NCBI GenBank assembly: GCA_036821995.1
Contig: DAISIM010000015.1
Coordinates: 24,060 to 88,059, forward strand
Origin: Bryobacteraceae bacterium
Lineage (GTDB): Bacteria > Acidobacteriota > Terriglobia > Bryobacterales > Bryobacteraceae
Direction: 5' to 3'
Length of the DNA: 64,000 nucleotides
Part shown: piece after piece, positions 47,871 through 60,396 of the stretch
Layout of the letters: each line of letters opens with the position of its first letter
Numbering within the stretch: position 1 is the first letter of the stretch
Program-made: the position numbers and the translations under genes
Notes under the pieces: generated by a model
The model's input: the letters and a program-made list of their open reading frames with translations, nothing else
Database searches by the model: none
What the model was told of the DNA's origin: nothing

Positions 47871-49292
47871 CTACTGCTTATCTCCGATGCGGTGGAGCTT
47901 CATCAGGTTGGTGCTGCCAGGGCGGCGGATTGGGTGAGCCGCCACGAAGACAACGCCATCTCCATCTTTCAGTTGACCACGCTCAACGAGGGTTTGTTCC
48001 ATGAGGGGAAGCATTTCGTCGGTAGTGCCAGCATTCTTCACCAGGACGGCGTGGACACCGAAGACCGGGGCGAGTTTTCGTGCCGTATCGTCAATGTGGG
48101 TAAAGGCGAAGATAGGCTGGGCAGGCCGGTAACGAGCGACAAGCCGGGCGCTGTAGCCGCTGGAAGTAAACACAACAATGGCCTGGACGCGGGCGGCGCG
48201 GGCAGCATGGAAGGCCATGTCGGCGATGATTTCCGCGTAGGTGGGGTTCGGGCGATGGGGAGGCTTACGGAGAAGATCGAAGCGCGAACTGGCCTCAACC
48301 TCTTTTGCGATCTTGGCCATCATGCGCACGGCATCGATGGGGAAGCGGCCGACGGAGGTTTCAGCGGAGAGCATGATGGCGTCGGTGCCGTCGTAGATTG
48401 CATTGGCGACATCGCTTACCTCGGCGCGGGTGGGAGTGGATGACTCAATCATAGACTCCAGCATTTGGGTGGCGGTGATGACGAAGCGGTTGTGCCAGCG
48501 TGCGCGCTCAATGATGGATTTCTGGATGTGGGGTACGCGGGCGAGATCCATCTCAACGCCGAGATCACCGCGGGCCACCATGACGCCGTCGGTTTCGGTA
48601 AGGATTCCTTCGAGGTTGTCCCAGGCCTGGGGCTTCTCGATTTTGGAAATGATGGGCATGCGGGAGTCGCGCTTGCGGAGTTCCTCGCGGAGTTCGCGAA
48701 CGTCGTCCGGGGTGCGGACGAAGGAGAGTGCGACGAAGTCAAAGCCCTCGTCGACAGCGAAGCTTAAATCGCTGAGGTCCTTCGGGGTGAGTGAAGGGGC
48801 GCTGACGGCTACGTCTGGCAGGTTGATGCCCTTGTTGTTGCCCACCATGCCCCCCTTCACAACATGGCAATGGACGCAGGGGCCTTCTACGGAAATCACA
48901 CGCAGTTCTACCGCACCATCGTTGAGGAGGATCTTGTCGCCAGGTCCGACGTCGATGGTGAGATTCGTGAAGTTGGTGCTGGCCATTTCACGGGTGCCGA
49001 GAGTATCTTCCACGCTAATGGTGAATGTGTCTCCGGCACGGAGGAGTTCACTACCGTTGGCGAAGCGGCCGAGACGGATCTTAGGCCCCTGGAGGTCCAG
49101 CATGCAAGCGACATTGCGCCCGATGTCGCGGGCCACTTGGCGGACGGTAACAAGACGGCGGGCGTGTTCAGCCTGGGTGCCGTGCGAGGCATTGAAGCGA
49201 AAGAGGTCAACCCCGGCAGTGATGAGTTCTTCCACAATCTCCGGGCTCTCTGAGGCTGGACCCAGGGTGGCGACGATCTTGGTTTGGCGCAT
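47871..49292 (-). CDS. pyk: Pyruvate kinase
   Basis: MRQTKIVATLGPAS, FRFNASHG, MVARGDLGVE and ATQMLESM blocks. Confidence 0.95.
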   Translation of the reverse strand: MRQTKIVATLGPASESPEIVEELITAGVDLFRFNASHGTQAEHARRLVTVRQVARDIGRNVACMLDLQGPKIRLGRFANGSELLRAGDTFTISVEDTLGTREMASTNFTNLTIDVGPGDKILLNDGAVELRVISVEGPCVHCHVVKGGMVGNNKGINLPDVAVSAPSLTPKDLSDLSFAVDEGFDFVALSFVRTPDDVRELREELRKRDSRMPIISKIEKPQAWDNLEGILTETDGVMVARGDLGVEMDLARVPHIQKSIIERARWHNRFVITATQMLESMIESSTPTRAEVSDVANAIYDGTDAIMLSAETSVGRFPIDAVRMMAKIAKEVEASSRFDLLRKPPHRPNPTYAEIIADMAFHAARAARVQAIVVFTSSGYSARLVARYRPAQPIFAFTHIDDTARKLAPVFGVHAVLVKNAGTTDEMLPLMEQTLVERGQLKDGDGVVFVAAHPIRRPGSTNLMKLHRIGDKQ

Positions 49293-49335
49293 GCGCTAAG
49301 ATGGCTCCTTCGACTGCAATTTTCCGCTGTCCCTT

Positions 49336-50166
49336 ATGCCACTGTACCAAGCTGTTCTTCTTGCCCTAATCCAGGGCTTCACAGAATTTCTACCCATTAG
49401 CAGCTCAGCACATCTGGCGCTGTGCCCATGGTTGCTGGGTTGGCAGGATCAGGGCTTGACGTTCGACATCGCGTTGCACCTGGGAACGCTGGTGGCGGTG
49501 CTGGTGTATTTTGCGAGGGACTGGTTCTACCTTCTGCTGCGCGGCTTTGGTATCCAAAGCGCGGCTGCGCCAGCGTATGTGAATGAGAACCCGCAATTGC
49601 TCTGGCACCTGGCGGCAGCCACGGTACCAGTGGGCGTGGTGGGGTTACTGCTGAAGGATATGGTGGAAACGGTGCTGCGAAGCCCCTATTCGATCGGGGT
49701 GATGCTGATTGGCGTGGGGTTGCTGATTGGATATGCTGATCGGCGCGGGGCAAGGAACAAGCAGTTGGGGAGGATGAGTTTCGCCGACACGATGACGATT
49801 GGTGTGGCACAGGCGCTGGCGGTAATTCCGGGCACTTCCCGTAGCGGGATTACCATTGCGACGGCGCTGCTGCGGAATCTTGACAGGGAATCAGCGGCTC
49901 GATTCTCGTTCCTACTATCGACGCCCGCGATCGGCGGCGCGGCCGCCAAAGCGGTCTACGACATGTTGAAGGACGGGGGACTGGAAGCCGAAGTTGCCAT
50001 TCCCTTCGCCGTGGGTATTCTGGTGAGTGCGGTGACGGGGGTACTGGTGATTGCCTTTTTCCTGCGTTATCTGCGCCGGAACACTTTGCGTTTTTTTGTT
50101 CTTTATCGAGTGATCTTTGGCATAATGATATTGCTTCTCGCCTATTTTCGCCCCCCCGCATTGTAG
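49336..50166 (+). CDS. uppP: Undecaprenyl-diphosphate phosphatase
   Basis: QGFTEFLPISSSAHL and PGTSRSGITI motifs in a polytopic membrane protein. Confidence 0.92.
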   Translation: MPLYQAVLLALIQGFTEFLPISSSAHLALCPWLLGWQDQGLTFDIALHLGTLVAVLVYFARDWFYLLLRGFGIQSAAAPAYVNENPQLLWHLAAATVPVGVVGLLLKDMVETVLRSPYSIGVMLIGVGLLIGYADRRGARNKQLGRMSFADTMTIGVAQALAVIPGTSRSGITIATALLRNLDRESAARFSFLLSTPAIGGAAAKAVYDMLKDGGLEAEVAIPFAVGILVSAVTGVLVIAFFLRYLRRNTLRFFVLYRVIFGIMILLLAYFRPPAL

Positions 50167-50217
50167 AGTTTGCAGGGATCCGGGGCAGGTGCCGGAACGT
50201 GCGAAGAGCACTGCCCT

Positions 50218-52800
<2,583 letters not shown>

Positions 52801-52838
52801 GCTTAGGGGCGGACTGGAGCTTGGCGCACGTGGATGGG

Positions 52839-53744
52839 CTATGGATGCGGATTTGTTGTTGCGTGTGGGGCGTTGTCAATCCAATCCACCGTCTTTTGCG
52901 ACAGCCGGTGGATGCGGAATTCGAACAAGTCGGGGCGGGCGTAGTGACCGGCGACATCCAGATCAAACTTGCCTTCTGTGATCTGGGCGAGGGGAAGATC
53001 GGCATAGAGAATCGAGTCTTCGCCGTAGACCGGCCCGGCCAAAATTTCGCCGAAGGGATTGACGATGAGGCTGCCACCCCGGATGAGTTCGGGCACGTGC
53101 TGGCAGGCTGAGAGCACGAAGCACCGGCCTTCGACGGCAATGTGGCGCATTGTATGCACCCAGGTTTCGCGATCATCCACGGTGCAGGCGCAGTAGACTT
53201 CCACCTGTTGCTGGTACATGGCCATCCGCAATAGGGGCATGTAATTCTCCCAGCAGATCACAGCCCCCAGCCGTCCCACAGGGGTGGGGATAACGGGGAG
53301 GGTGGACCCATCGCCACAGCCCCAGAGGACACGCTCCATGGCGGTGGGCATCACCTTGCGATGCTTGCCCAGGATGCTACCGCCAGGGCCCAAGAACACG
53401 ACAGAGCAGTAGAGGGTACCGCCGTCGCGTTCCACGCAGCCCATGACCACGTGGGTGCTGGTTTCCGCGGCGAGGGCGGCCAGAGTTTGCATTTCCGGGC
53501 CCGGGATGTTGATGGCTGCCTGGAAGTAGCTGCGGAACTGTGCGCGGCCCTCAGGGCTCCGGCTCCCCAACTTTACGCCGAAATCCGCCCCTTTGGGGTA
53601 ACCACCCAGGAATGCTTCCGGGAATACCACCAGCTTAGCGCCGGCGCTGGCGGCGCTAAGGATGTAGTGCTGGGCCCGGAGAAGGGTGTCCGGGGTGTCC
53701 AAGAGAGTAGAGCCGGCCTGCACAACGGCCACGCGGGGGGTCAT
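52839..53744 (-). CDS. Carbon-nitrogen hydrolase (nitrilase family)
   Basis: Glu-Lys-Cys triad contexts FPEAFLGGYP, HRKVMPT and ICWENYMP. Start taken at MTPRVAVVQ (53744). The 48-aa upstream extension to 53888 is judged spurious. Confidence 0.85.
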   Translation of the reverse strand: MTPRVAVVQAGSTLLDTPDTLLRAQHYILSAASAGAKLVVFPEAFLGGYPKGADFGVKLGSRSPEGRAQFRSYFQAAINIPGPEMQTLAALAAETSTHVVMGCVERDGGTLYCSVVFLGPGGSILGKHRKVMPTAMERVLWGCGDGSTLPVIPTPVGRLGAVICWENYMPLLRMAMYQQQVEVYCACTVDDRETWVHTMRHIAVEGRCFVLSACQHVPELIRGGSLIVNPFGEILAGPVYGEDSILYADLPLAQITEGKFDLDVAGHYARPDLFEFRIHRLSQKTVDWIDNAPHATTNPHP

Positions 53745-54041
53745 GCCATCCAGCGTACAAGGTTGTGCTTGCTCGCGGGTTTGGGGGGACCGGGCTGCCG
53801 CAGAAACACAAACGCGCGGGAAGCCGCGAAGGCCACCCGCGCGAAAGCGGAAAGGAGGGACATTGATGGTCATGGCCAGGAAGGCCAACCGCTACCGAAA
53901 AGGGGGAGTTTCCCGGTGGCGATCTGTCCGCCTGGTCAAGATCTTCATTCGGTTAGACCCCAAGGATGTTGGAAAGTTCCCACGTTTCACGGCGATTCCT
54001 CAATGAAACGCGGACAGGCTTATGCCATGCGAGAAGATCGA

Positions 54042-54311
54042 CTACTTGGTTTCCAATTCCGCACCAACGGCGGGATTCTGGCGATGGGCAACCCGGGTGA
54101 GGGCGGTAAGCAACTTATTGTGCAATTCGCCAGGAATGGGGTAGGGGTCCATGCCACGGTAGACACGAATGGTCTTTTTGGTGGTGTCGGAAATCACCCA
54201 ACAGTTGGGGCATGCGGAGAGATGCTGCTCCAACTCAGACCGCAACTCCGGGGTGGTCTGCTCGTCGAGGTAGGCTTCCAGTTCTTCGAGGAAACGCTTA
54301 CAGGTAATCAA
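54042..54311 (-). CDS. Zinc-binding (ZAS-type) anti-sigma factor
   Basis: 89 aa with HLSACPNC (H-x3-C-x2-C). Overlaps the stop of the upstream ECF sigma gene by 14 nt. Confidence 0.7.
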   Translation of the reverse strand: MITCKRFLEELEAYLDEQTTPELRSELEQHLSACPNCWVISDTTKKTIRVYRGMDPYPIPGELHNKLLTALTRVAHRQNPAVGAELETK

Positions 54312-54921
54312 AGATATCGTCCCCTTTGCGTTTGAAATAGCGCGTCAGCTTCTCGCGCAGCTTCAGCCGTGCACGCAATAGGCGGCTCTTGACTGCCGGA
54401 ACGGTGAGGCCGAGAATCTCCGCAGTCTCTTCGGAACTCAACTCTTCGATGTCCCTGAGGACAAAAACGCTTCGGAAGATTGGAGACAGGCTTTTCACTG
54501 CCTGATCAAGGATTTCGCGGAGCTCGGTTTGGGAGTACTTGTCTTCGGGATTGTCCTCCCAGACGGCAATTTCCCGAGCGACGACGTCCTCGCCGGTGTC
54601 AATTTGCTCGTCCAGGCTGACGGAACGGTCACTTTTCCGCTTCCGGAGCTTCATGAGGCTCTCGTTGACGGCAATGCGGACGATCCAGGTGTAGAACTTG
54701 GAGTTGCCCTGGAACTCGCCGAGGTGTTCGTAGGCTTTGAGGAAGGTTTCCTGGAGGACATCCTCCGAATCTTCCTGGTTGTTGGTGATGTGGCGGGCGA
54801 GGCGGAAGATTTTGCCTTCGTACTTTTCAACCAGTAAGGTGAAGGCACTCAGGTCCCCAGCGCGGGCCCTGACAACAAGCGGGGTTTCGTTGAACCCAGC
54901 GGGACTAGTGGTGGATGCCAT
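54298..54921 (-). CDS. ECF-type RNA polymerase sigma-70 factor
   Basis: Region 2 (EDVLQETFLKAYEHLGEF..FYTWIVRIAVNESL) and region 4 (EELSSEETAEILGLTVPAVKSRLLRAR). Confidence 0.9.
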   Translation of the reverse strand: MASTTSPAGFNETPLVVRARAGDLSAFTLLVEKYEGKIFRLARHITNNQEDSEDVLQETFLKAYEHLGEFQGNSKFYTWIVRIAVNESLMKLRKRKSDRSVSLDEQIDTGEDVVAREIAVWEDNPEDKYSQTELREILDQAVKSLSPIFRSVFVLRDIEELSSEETAEILGLTVPAVKSRLLRARLKLREKLTRYFKRKGDDIFDYL

Positions 54922-55055
54922 GGTCTCCCTTACTGACGGAGTGAAGCCACGCCGCGGAAGGCGCGGTGGGGCAGTGGTCCGAGGCCGGGAACTACGAATC
55001 GCGGGCGATCGGAAGACGAGAACCCGTATGCTACCCTGAAATGAACCTTCGTCCT

Positions 55056-56996
55056 ATGAGCCAGCTTACCATTACGCTACCGGATGGGAGTACCCGATTC
55101 GTAGCATCCGGGTCTACCGCCCTCGAGATTGCACAATCCATCAGTGAACGGCTTGCCGACATCGCCTTGGTGGCGGTGGTGAATGGAAAGCTTACTGACT
55201 TAACTGAGCCACTTACCGAGGATGCGACGGTACGGATTCTCACTCCGAATGACGAAGAGGCGTTGGAGGTCTACCGGCACTCCACGGCTCACTTGCTGGC
55301 GGCGGCGGTGTTGGAACTGTATCCGGAAACCAAGTTGGGCATTGGGCCCCCCATTGAGAACGGGTTCTACTACGATTTTGACCGCCCGCAGCCCTTCACT
55401 CCGGATGACCTGGAAAAGATTGAAGCCAAGATGGCCGAGATCCAGGCGCGCAATGTGCCCTTTGAGCGCACCTTAGTCGCCAAGGAAGATGCGCTGAAGC
55501 GCTACCACGAGCAGGGCGACTGGATGAAGTGCGAACTGGTGGAAGACCGGGGCGGCGAACGGGTGAGCGAATACACGCTGGGCCCGGCGTTCAATGATTT
55601 CTGCCGTGGACCGCACATCCCGAACACATCGCACATCAAGGCCTTCAAGCTGTTATCCATTGCGGGCGCCTACTGGAAAGGCGACGAGAAGAACAAGATG
55701 CTGCAGCGGATCTACGGCACAGCGTTCTTCAAGCCCAAAGATCTGAGGGCACACCTGGAGCGGCTGGAAGAGGCCAAGCGGCGGGACCACCGGAAGCTGG
55801 GCAAGGAACTGGATCTGTTCAGTATCCAGGAGGAAGCCGGGCCGGGATTGATCTTCTTCCATCCGAAGGGCGGCACGGTGCGGTTGCTGCTGGAGAACTG
55901 GATGCGGGACCAGTATCTGGCCCGCGGGTATAGCCTCGTGTACACGCCGCACGTGGCGCGCGCCGGACTATGGAAGACCTCAGGGCACTACGACTTCTAC
56001 GGCGAGAACATGTTCAAACGGATGGAGCTGGATGATGCCGAATACCAGCTAAAGCCGATGAACTGCCCGTTTCACATCCTCATTTACAAGGATCGGCAGC
56101 ACAGCTATCGCGAATTGCCAGTGCGTTTGGGAGAGTTGGGGACGGTGTACCGTTATGAACGCAGCGGCACCATGCACGGATTGCTGCGAGTGCGAGGATT
56201 TACCCAGGACGATGCCCATATCTTCTGTACCCTGCAACAGGCAGAATCGGAAGTGGTGAGCTGCCTGGAATTCGCGATGGACACGCTGAAGGCCTTCGGA
56301 TTTACGCAGTACAAAGCGGAGTTATCTACGTGGGACGGCGGCAAGAGCGGCAAGTACGACGGGACGCCGGAGCAATGGGAGATCGCGGAAAGCGCATTAC
56401 GCAACGCCGTGGCTAAGGTTGGGCTGGAAGCCAAGGTGATGGAAGATGAAGCGGCGTTCTATGGGCCGAAGATCGACATGAAGCTGGTGGACGCCATTGG
56501 ACGGCTATGGCAGCTATCCACAGTGCAATTCGACTTTACTTTGGCGCGACGCTTCAACCTGGAGTACATCGGCGAAGACGGGCGGGCGCACCAGCCGCTG
56601 ATGGTGCACCGGGCGCTGTTTGGGTCAGTCGAGCGGTTTTTCGGGATCCTGGTGGAGCACTACGCAGGGGCATTCCCGTTATGGCTGGCTCCGGTGCAGG
56701 TTGCGATACTACCCATCACAGACCGGCAGATCAGCTACAGCCATCTGCTGAGTGAGCGGCTGAAGAAGCTGGGGATCCGCGTTCTGGTGGATGACCGGAA
56801 CGAAAAGGTGAACTTCAAGATCCGCGAGGCGCAGGTGCAGAAGATCCCCTACATGCTGGTGGTGGGGGACCGCGAAGAAGAAGCAGGCAATGTGTCCGTG
56901 CGGCACCGGAGACGGGGTGATTTGGGCGTGCAGGGCTTTGACGACTTCCTTGCGTCCATTCAGCCGCTCATCGCGTCGCGCGACGCCCTTGACTAG
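55056..56996 (+). CDS. thrS: Threonine--tRNA ligase
   Basis: TGS domain (ITLPDGS), editing domain HSTAHLLA, class II motifs (FRGFTQDDAHIF-type: VRGFTQDDAHIF) and an anticodon-binding C-terminus. ATG at 55056 (alternative 55041). Confidence 0.95.
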   Translation: MSQLTITLPDGSTRFVASGSTALEIAQSISERLADIALVAVVNGKLTDLTEPLTEDATVRILTPNDEEALEVYRHSTAHLLAAAVLELYPETKLGIGPPIENGFYYDFDRPQPFTPDDLEKIEAKMAEIQARNVPFERTLVAKEDALKRYHEQGDWMKCELVEDRGGERVSEYTLGPAFNDFCRGPHIPNTSHIKAFKLLSIAGAYWKGDEKNKMLQRIYGTAFFKPKDLRAHLERLEEAKRRDHRKLGKELDLFSIQEEAGPGLIFFHPKGGTVRLLLENWMRDQYLARGYSLVYTPHVARAGLWKTSGHYDFYGENMFKRMELDDAEYQLKPMNCPFHILIYKDRQHSYRELPVRLGELGTVYRYERSGTMHGLLRVRGFTQDDAHIFCTLQQAESEVVSCLEFAMDTLKAFGFTQYKAELSTWDGGKSGKYDGTPEQWEIAESALRNAVAKVGLEAKVMEDEAAFYGPKIDMKLVDAIGRLWQLSTVQFDFTLARRFNLEYIGEDGRAHQPLMVHRALFGSVERFFGILVEHYAGAFPLWLAPVQVAILPITDRQISYSHLLSERLKKLGIRVLVDDRNEKVNFKIREAQVQKIPYMLVVGDREEEAGNVSVRHRRRGDLGVQGFDDFLASIQPLIASRDALD

Positions 56997-57023
56997 GACC
57001 CCACGCGAAGGAATGCACCACGA

Positions 57024-58202
57024 GTGCTGGAAACCCTTCCATTGCTGCTGCCCGCCCTGTTTGTGGCGGGCAGTTGCGTTTATTGCTTGATGAGCATCGT
57101 GGCGGCGCGGAAGTTTCGCGCAGTGGTGCCTGGCCAAGCCGCTGAGCGGCAATCCATTAGCGTGCTTAAGCCCATGCATGGGCTTGATGAGGGGCTGGAG
57201 GAAAACCTCCGCAGCTTTTTCGGGCAGGCCTATTGCGCTGCCGATGGGCGTCCGGCGTTTGAGATTCTATGCGCCGCCCGGAATGCGAACGACCCCGCGC
57301 TGGCCCTGGCGGAGCGGCTACGCCGGGAGTTTCCGGCGATCCCATGCCAGATCCTTGCTACGGGTGAGCCCCCTTACGCAAACGCGAAAGTGTTTTCGCT
57401 GGACACGATGATGCAGCGGGCGGCGCACCCGCTACTGGTGATGGCCGATAGCGACGTGCGGGTGGGCGCGGACTTCCTGGAAGTTCTGAATCGCGAGTTT
57501 CAGAATCCGCAATTAGGGGTAGCCAGTTGCATCTATCGCGCGGTGCCCGGGCAGAGTACCTGGAGCTTTCTGGAAGCGCTCCACATGAACACAGAGTTCG
57601 TGGGTGGGGTCCTGACAGCGCGGATGTTGGAGGGGGTTCGTTTCGCATTGGGACCTACCATTGCCGCGCGACGAGAGGTGATCGCTGCGATTGGCGGTTT
57701 CCAGTACCTAAAGGATTTCCTTGCCGAGGACTTCGTGATGGGCAATCGGGCGGCGGAACTAGGGCACGGGGTGATGTTGTCGAGCGCGATCATTGAGCAT
57801 CGGATAGGCAGCCAGGGCTTCCGGGCAAACCTGGGGCACCGGCTGCGCTGGGCGAGGTCAACCCGTCGCAGTCGTCCGGCGGGCTATATTGGCGAGGTGT
57901 TCCTGCGGCCACTGGTGCTGGCAATGGTTTTGGCAGCAGTAGCACCATCGACCTGGCCCGTGCTGGTGGGAGTGATGGGGCTTCGGCTGTGGCAGGCCGA
58001 GGAGTTGCGCAGGACGGTGAGGGCGCGCTTCGGGCTGGCACACTGGTTGGCGTTGCCGGTCCAGGATCTGCTGAGCGGTCTGCTGTGGGCAGCGGGCTTT
58101 TTGGGGAATCGAATCGGCTGGCGGGGACGGCGTTACCGGTTGCTGAGCGATGGGCGATTTGAGTTACTAAGGGAGAGGGACGAGGAACGCGAGGTGGCTT
58201 GA
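57024..58202 (+). CDS. GT21-like glycosyltransferase (ceramide glucosyltransferase / HpnI-like)
   Basis: N-terminal TM, ISVLKP, DSDV, and the (Q/R)xxRW-type motif HRLRWARS. GTG start. Confidence 0.72.
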   Translation: MLETLPLLLPALFVAGSCVYCLMSIVAARKFRAVVPGQAAERQSISVLKPMHGLDEGLEENLRSFFGQAYCAADGRPAFEILCAARNANDPALALAERLRREFPAIPCQILATGEPPYANAKVFSLDTMMQRAAHPLLVMADSDVRVGADFLEVLNREFQNPQLGVASCIYRAVPGQSTWSFLEALHMNTEFVGGVLTARMLEGVRFALGPTIAARREVIAAIGGFQYLKDFLAEDFVMGNRAAELGHGVMLSSAIIEHRIGSQGFRANLGHRLRWARSTRRSRPAGYIGEVFLRPLVLAMVLAAVAPSTWPVLVGVMGLRLWQAEELRRTVRARFGLAHWLALPVQDLLSGLLWAAGFLGNRIGWRGRRYRLLSDGRFELLRERDEEREVA

Positions 58203-58391
58203 AACGCCGGAAGCGGCTTGCTCATCTCATAGTGTGTATCCCCGCCGCCAGCGCCACCTCGGGCGCGCGTTGCTTTAGCCGCAGGTCAGATGTGCATTCC
58301 GTCGCGTAGTGTGTAGACGCTGAGCGGCTTGGGTTGCGACTGTGTGCGGTTGTGGAGGGCGGTGGATGTGCGATAAGGAGTGTACCTGGCA

Positions 58392-59249
58392 ATGAATCAT
58401 GTAAAGTCGGCAATGCTGTTGGCGCTCTTGACAGCGCTGCTACTGTTCTTGGGTCAAGCGATTGCGGGGGAGAGCGGGTTGATGATGGCAATCGTCATGG
58501 CCCTGGTGATGAACTTTGGCAGTTACTGGTTCTCTGACAAGATTGTGCTTGCCATGTACGGTGGCCGTGAAGTTACAGAGCGGGAAGCGCCGGAACTGGT
58601 GGGGATGACGCGGCAACTGGCCATGCAGGCGAACCTTCCCATGCCGCGCGTCTACATTTTGGACGAGCAGGCGCCAAACGCCTTCGCCACTGGGCGCAGC
58701 CCGAAAAAGGGCGCCGTGGCGGTGAGCGCGGGTCTGATGCAAATGCTAAGCAAGGATGAGCTGGCTGGTGTGATCGCTCACGAACTGGCGCATATCCAAA
58801 ACCGTGACACGCTGATCATGACCATCGCGGGAACGATTGCGGGTGCACTTAGCTATCTAAGCCAGATGGCGATGTGGGGCATGATGTTTCGTGGCAGCAG
58901 TGATGACCGGGAAGGGCCTAACCCGATCGCGGCGATCCTTGGCATTGTGATTGCACCGGTGGCGGCGGGCATCATCCAGATGGCAATTTCGCGATCGCGC
59001 GAATACATTGCGGATGCGCGGGGTGCACAGATTAGCGGCTCGCCGATGGGTCTGGCAAACGCGCTGCGTAAGATTGAGGCGTACGCGAAACGGATTCCGA
59101 TGGCGCACGGCAGCCCGGCCACCGCGCATCTTTTCATCGTGAATCCGTTTGTAGGTGGCCTGGCGGGCCTGTTCCGGACTCATCCGGAAACTGCTGAGCG
59201 GATCGCACTGCTGGAACGGATGGCCATGACGGGCGAGTATCGCGCATAA
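58392..59249 (+). CDS. htpX: Zinc metalloprotease HtpX
   Basis: HELAHIQNRD (HExxH), four TM segments and the C-terminal THPETAERI motif. The ATG at 58392 lies downstream of AAGGAG. Confidence 0.92.
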   Translation: MNHVKSAMLLALLTALLLFLGQAIAGESGLMMAIVMALVMNFGSYWFSDKIVLAMYGGREVTEREAPELVGMTRQLAMQANLPMPRVYILDEQAPNAFATGRSPKKGAVAVSAGLMQMLSKDELAGVIAHELAHIQNRDTLIMTIAGTIAGALSYLSQMAMWGMMFRGSSDDREGPNPIAAILGIVIAPVAAGIIQMAISRSREYIADARGAQISGSPMGLANALRKIEAYAKRIPMAHGSPATAHLFIVNPFVGGLAGLFRTHPETAERIALLERMAMTGEYRA

Positions 59250-59330
59250 ATTGCGTAAACCGGTCCTGGGGTTCTGGTCTTCTTCGGGGGGAACTCCAGG
59301 ATCCTCCTCTCCCTGCCCTATGATGAGAGA

Positions 59331-60356
59331 GTGCTGCCTGCCAACGAATTCCTTTTCCCCATTTCAGAATACTGGCCCTTCCTGACGGGGTTCATTGTCT
59401 TTGTGGTGATCCTGCTGGTGCTGGACCTCACGGTGTTCCACCGCAAGGCGCATGTGGTGTCGATTCGGGAGGCTGGGCTGTGGGTGGTGTTTTGGGTTTC
59501 ACTAGCCCTCGTTTTTAACGTTGGGCTGTACTACTATGCGCAGTCATCGTTTCCTGAGAACGAACGGCTGATGGCCATCCCCGGCTTTGATCCCGGGAAA
59601 GCGGCCAAGCAGGTAGCGCTGGAGTTCCTTACCGGCTACATCATCGAAGAGTCATTATCGGTCGATAATATTTTTGTGTTTGTAGTCGTGATGGGGTACT
59701 TCGCAATCCCACCACAGTTTCAGCACCGTGTGCTGTTCCTTGGTATCCTGGGCGCCATTATCTTCCGGGGTATCTTCATTTCTCTAGGTGCCCTACTGAT
59801 CCAATTTCACTGGATTATTTACGTTTTCGGGGCATTTCTCATCATCACGGGGATCCGGATGGCGTTTGCGGAGGAGCACGCGCCCGACCCGGACAAAAAT
59901 CCTCTGATTCGCCTCTTCCGGCGCTACATGCCGGTGACTTCGGATTTTCACGGACAGCATTTCTTCGTAAGGCTGAACGGGGTAATGCATGCGACACCCT
60001 TGTTTATTGCGGTGCTCTTTCTGGAGGCTACCGATATCGTATTTGCTGTGGACTCAGTACCTGCCATCTTCGCAGTGACGCGTGAGCCGCTGATTGTGTT
60101 TACGTCAAATATCTTTGCCATCCTTGGCTTACGGGCCTTGTATTTCCTGTTGGCGGGGGCGATGGACAAGTTTTATCTGTTGAAGTATGGGCTTTCGCTG
60201 ATTCTGATTTTTGTTGGTTTGAAGATGACCTGGCTGGACTATGCCTTCGACGGCCATTTTCCCATTGGGTGGTCACTGGGCATTATCGGGGCAGTGTTGG
60301 GGATAGCTGTAGTGGGGTCGTTGGCGTTTCCGCGAAAGGCTCCGAATAAGACCTAA
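59331..60356 (+). CDS. TerC-family integral membrane protein
   Basis: EESLSVDNIFVF and TDIVFAVDSVPAIFAVT repeats are typical of TerC/Alx. Confidence 0.88.
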   Translation: MLPANEFLFPISEYWPFLTGFIVFVVILLVLDLTVFHRKAHVVSIREAGLWVVFWVSLALVFNVGLYYYAQSSFPENERLMAIPGFDPGKAAKQVALEFLTGYIIEESLSVDNIFVFVVVMGYFAIPPQFQHRVLFLGILGAIIFRGIFISLGALLIQFHWIIYVFGAFLIITGIRMAFAEEHAPDPDKNPLIRLFRRYMPVTSDFHGQHFFVRLNGVMHATPLFIAVLFLEATDIVFAVDSVPAIFAVTREPLIVFTSNIFAILGLRALYFLLAGAMDKFYLLKYGLSLILIFVGLKMTWLDYAFDGHFPIGWSLGIIGAVLGIAVVGSLAFPRKAPNKT

Positions 60357-60396
60357 GTGCTGGTGGCTTGGGTAAGCGCGAAGGAACAGACTACGG

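Noticed and set aside
53361-54335. 324-aa plus-strand ORF
   Set aside because: It is antisense to the nitrilase and anti-sigma genes. Only its short segment 53866-54006 is of interest, and that is reported separately as a small ORF.
59250-59330. yybP-ykoY (Mn2+) riboswitch upstream of the TerC-family gene
   Set aside because: The gap is only 81 nt and lacks the conserved GGGGAGUAG and UUGACAUA-type elements. It contains only one imperfect 10-bp hairpin (59265-59300), which may be the htpX terminator.
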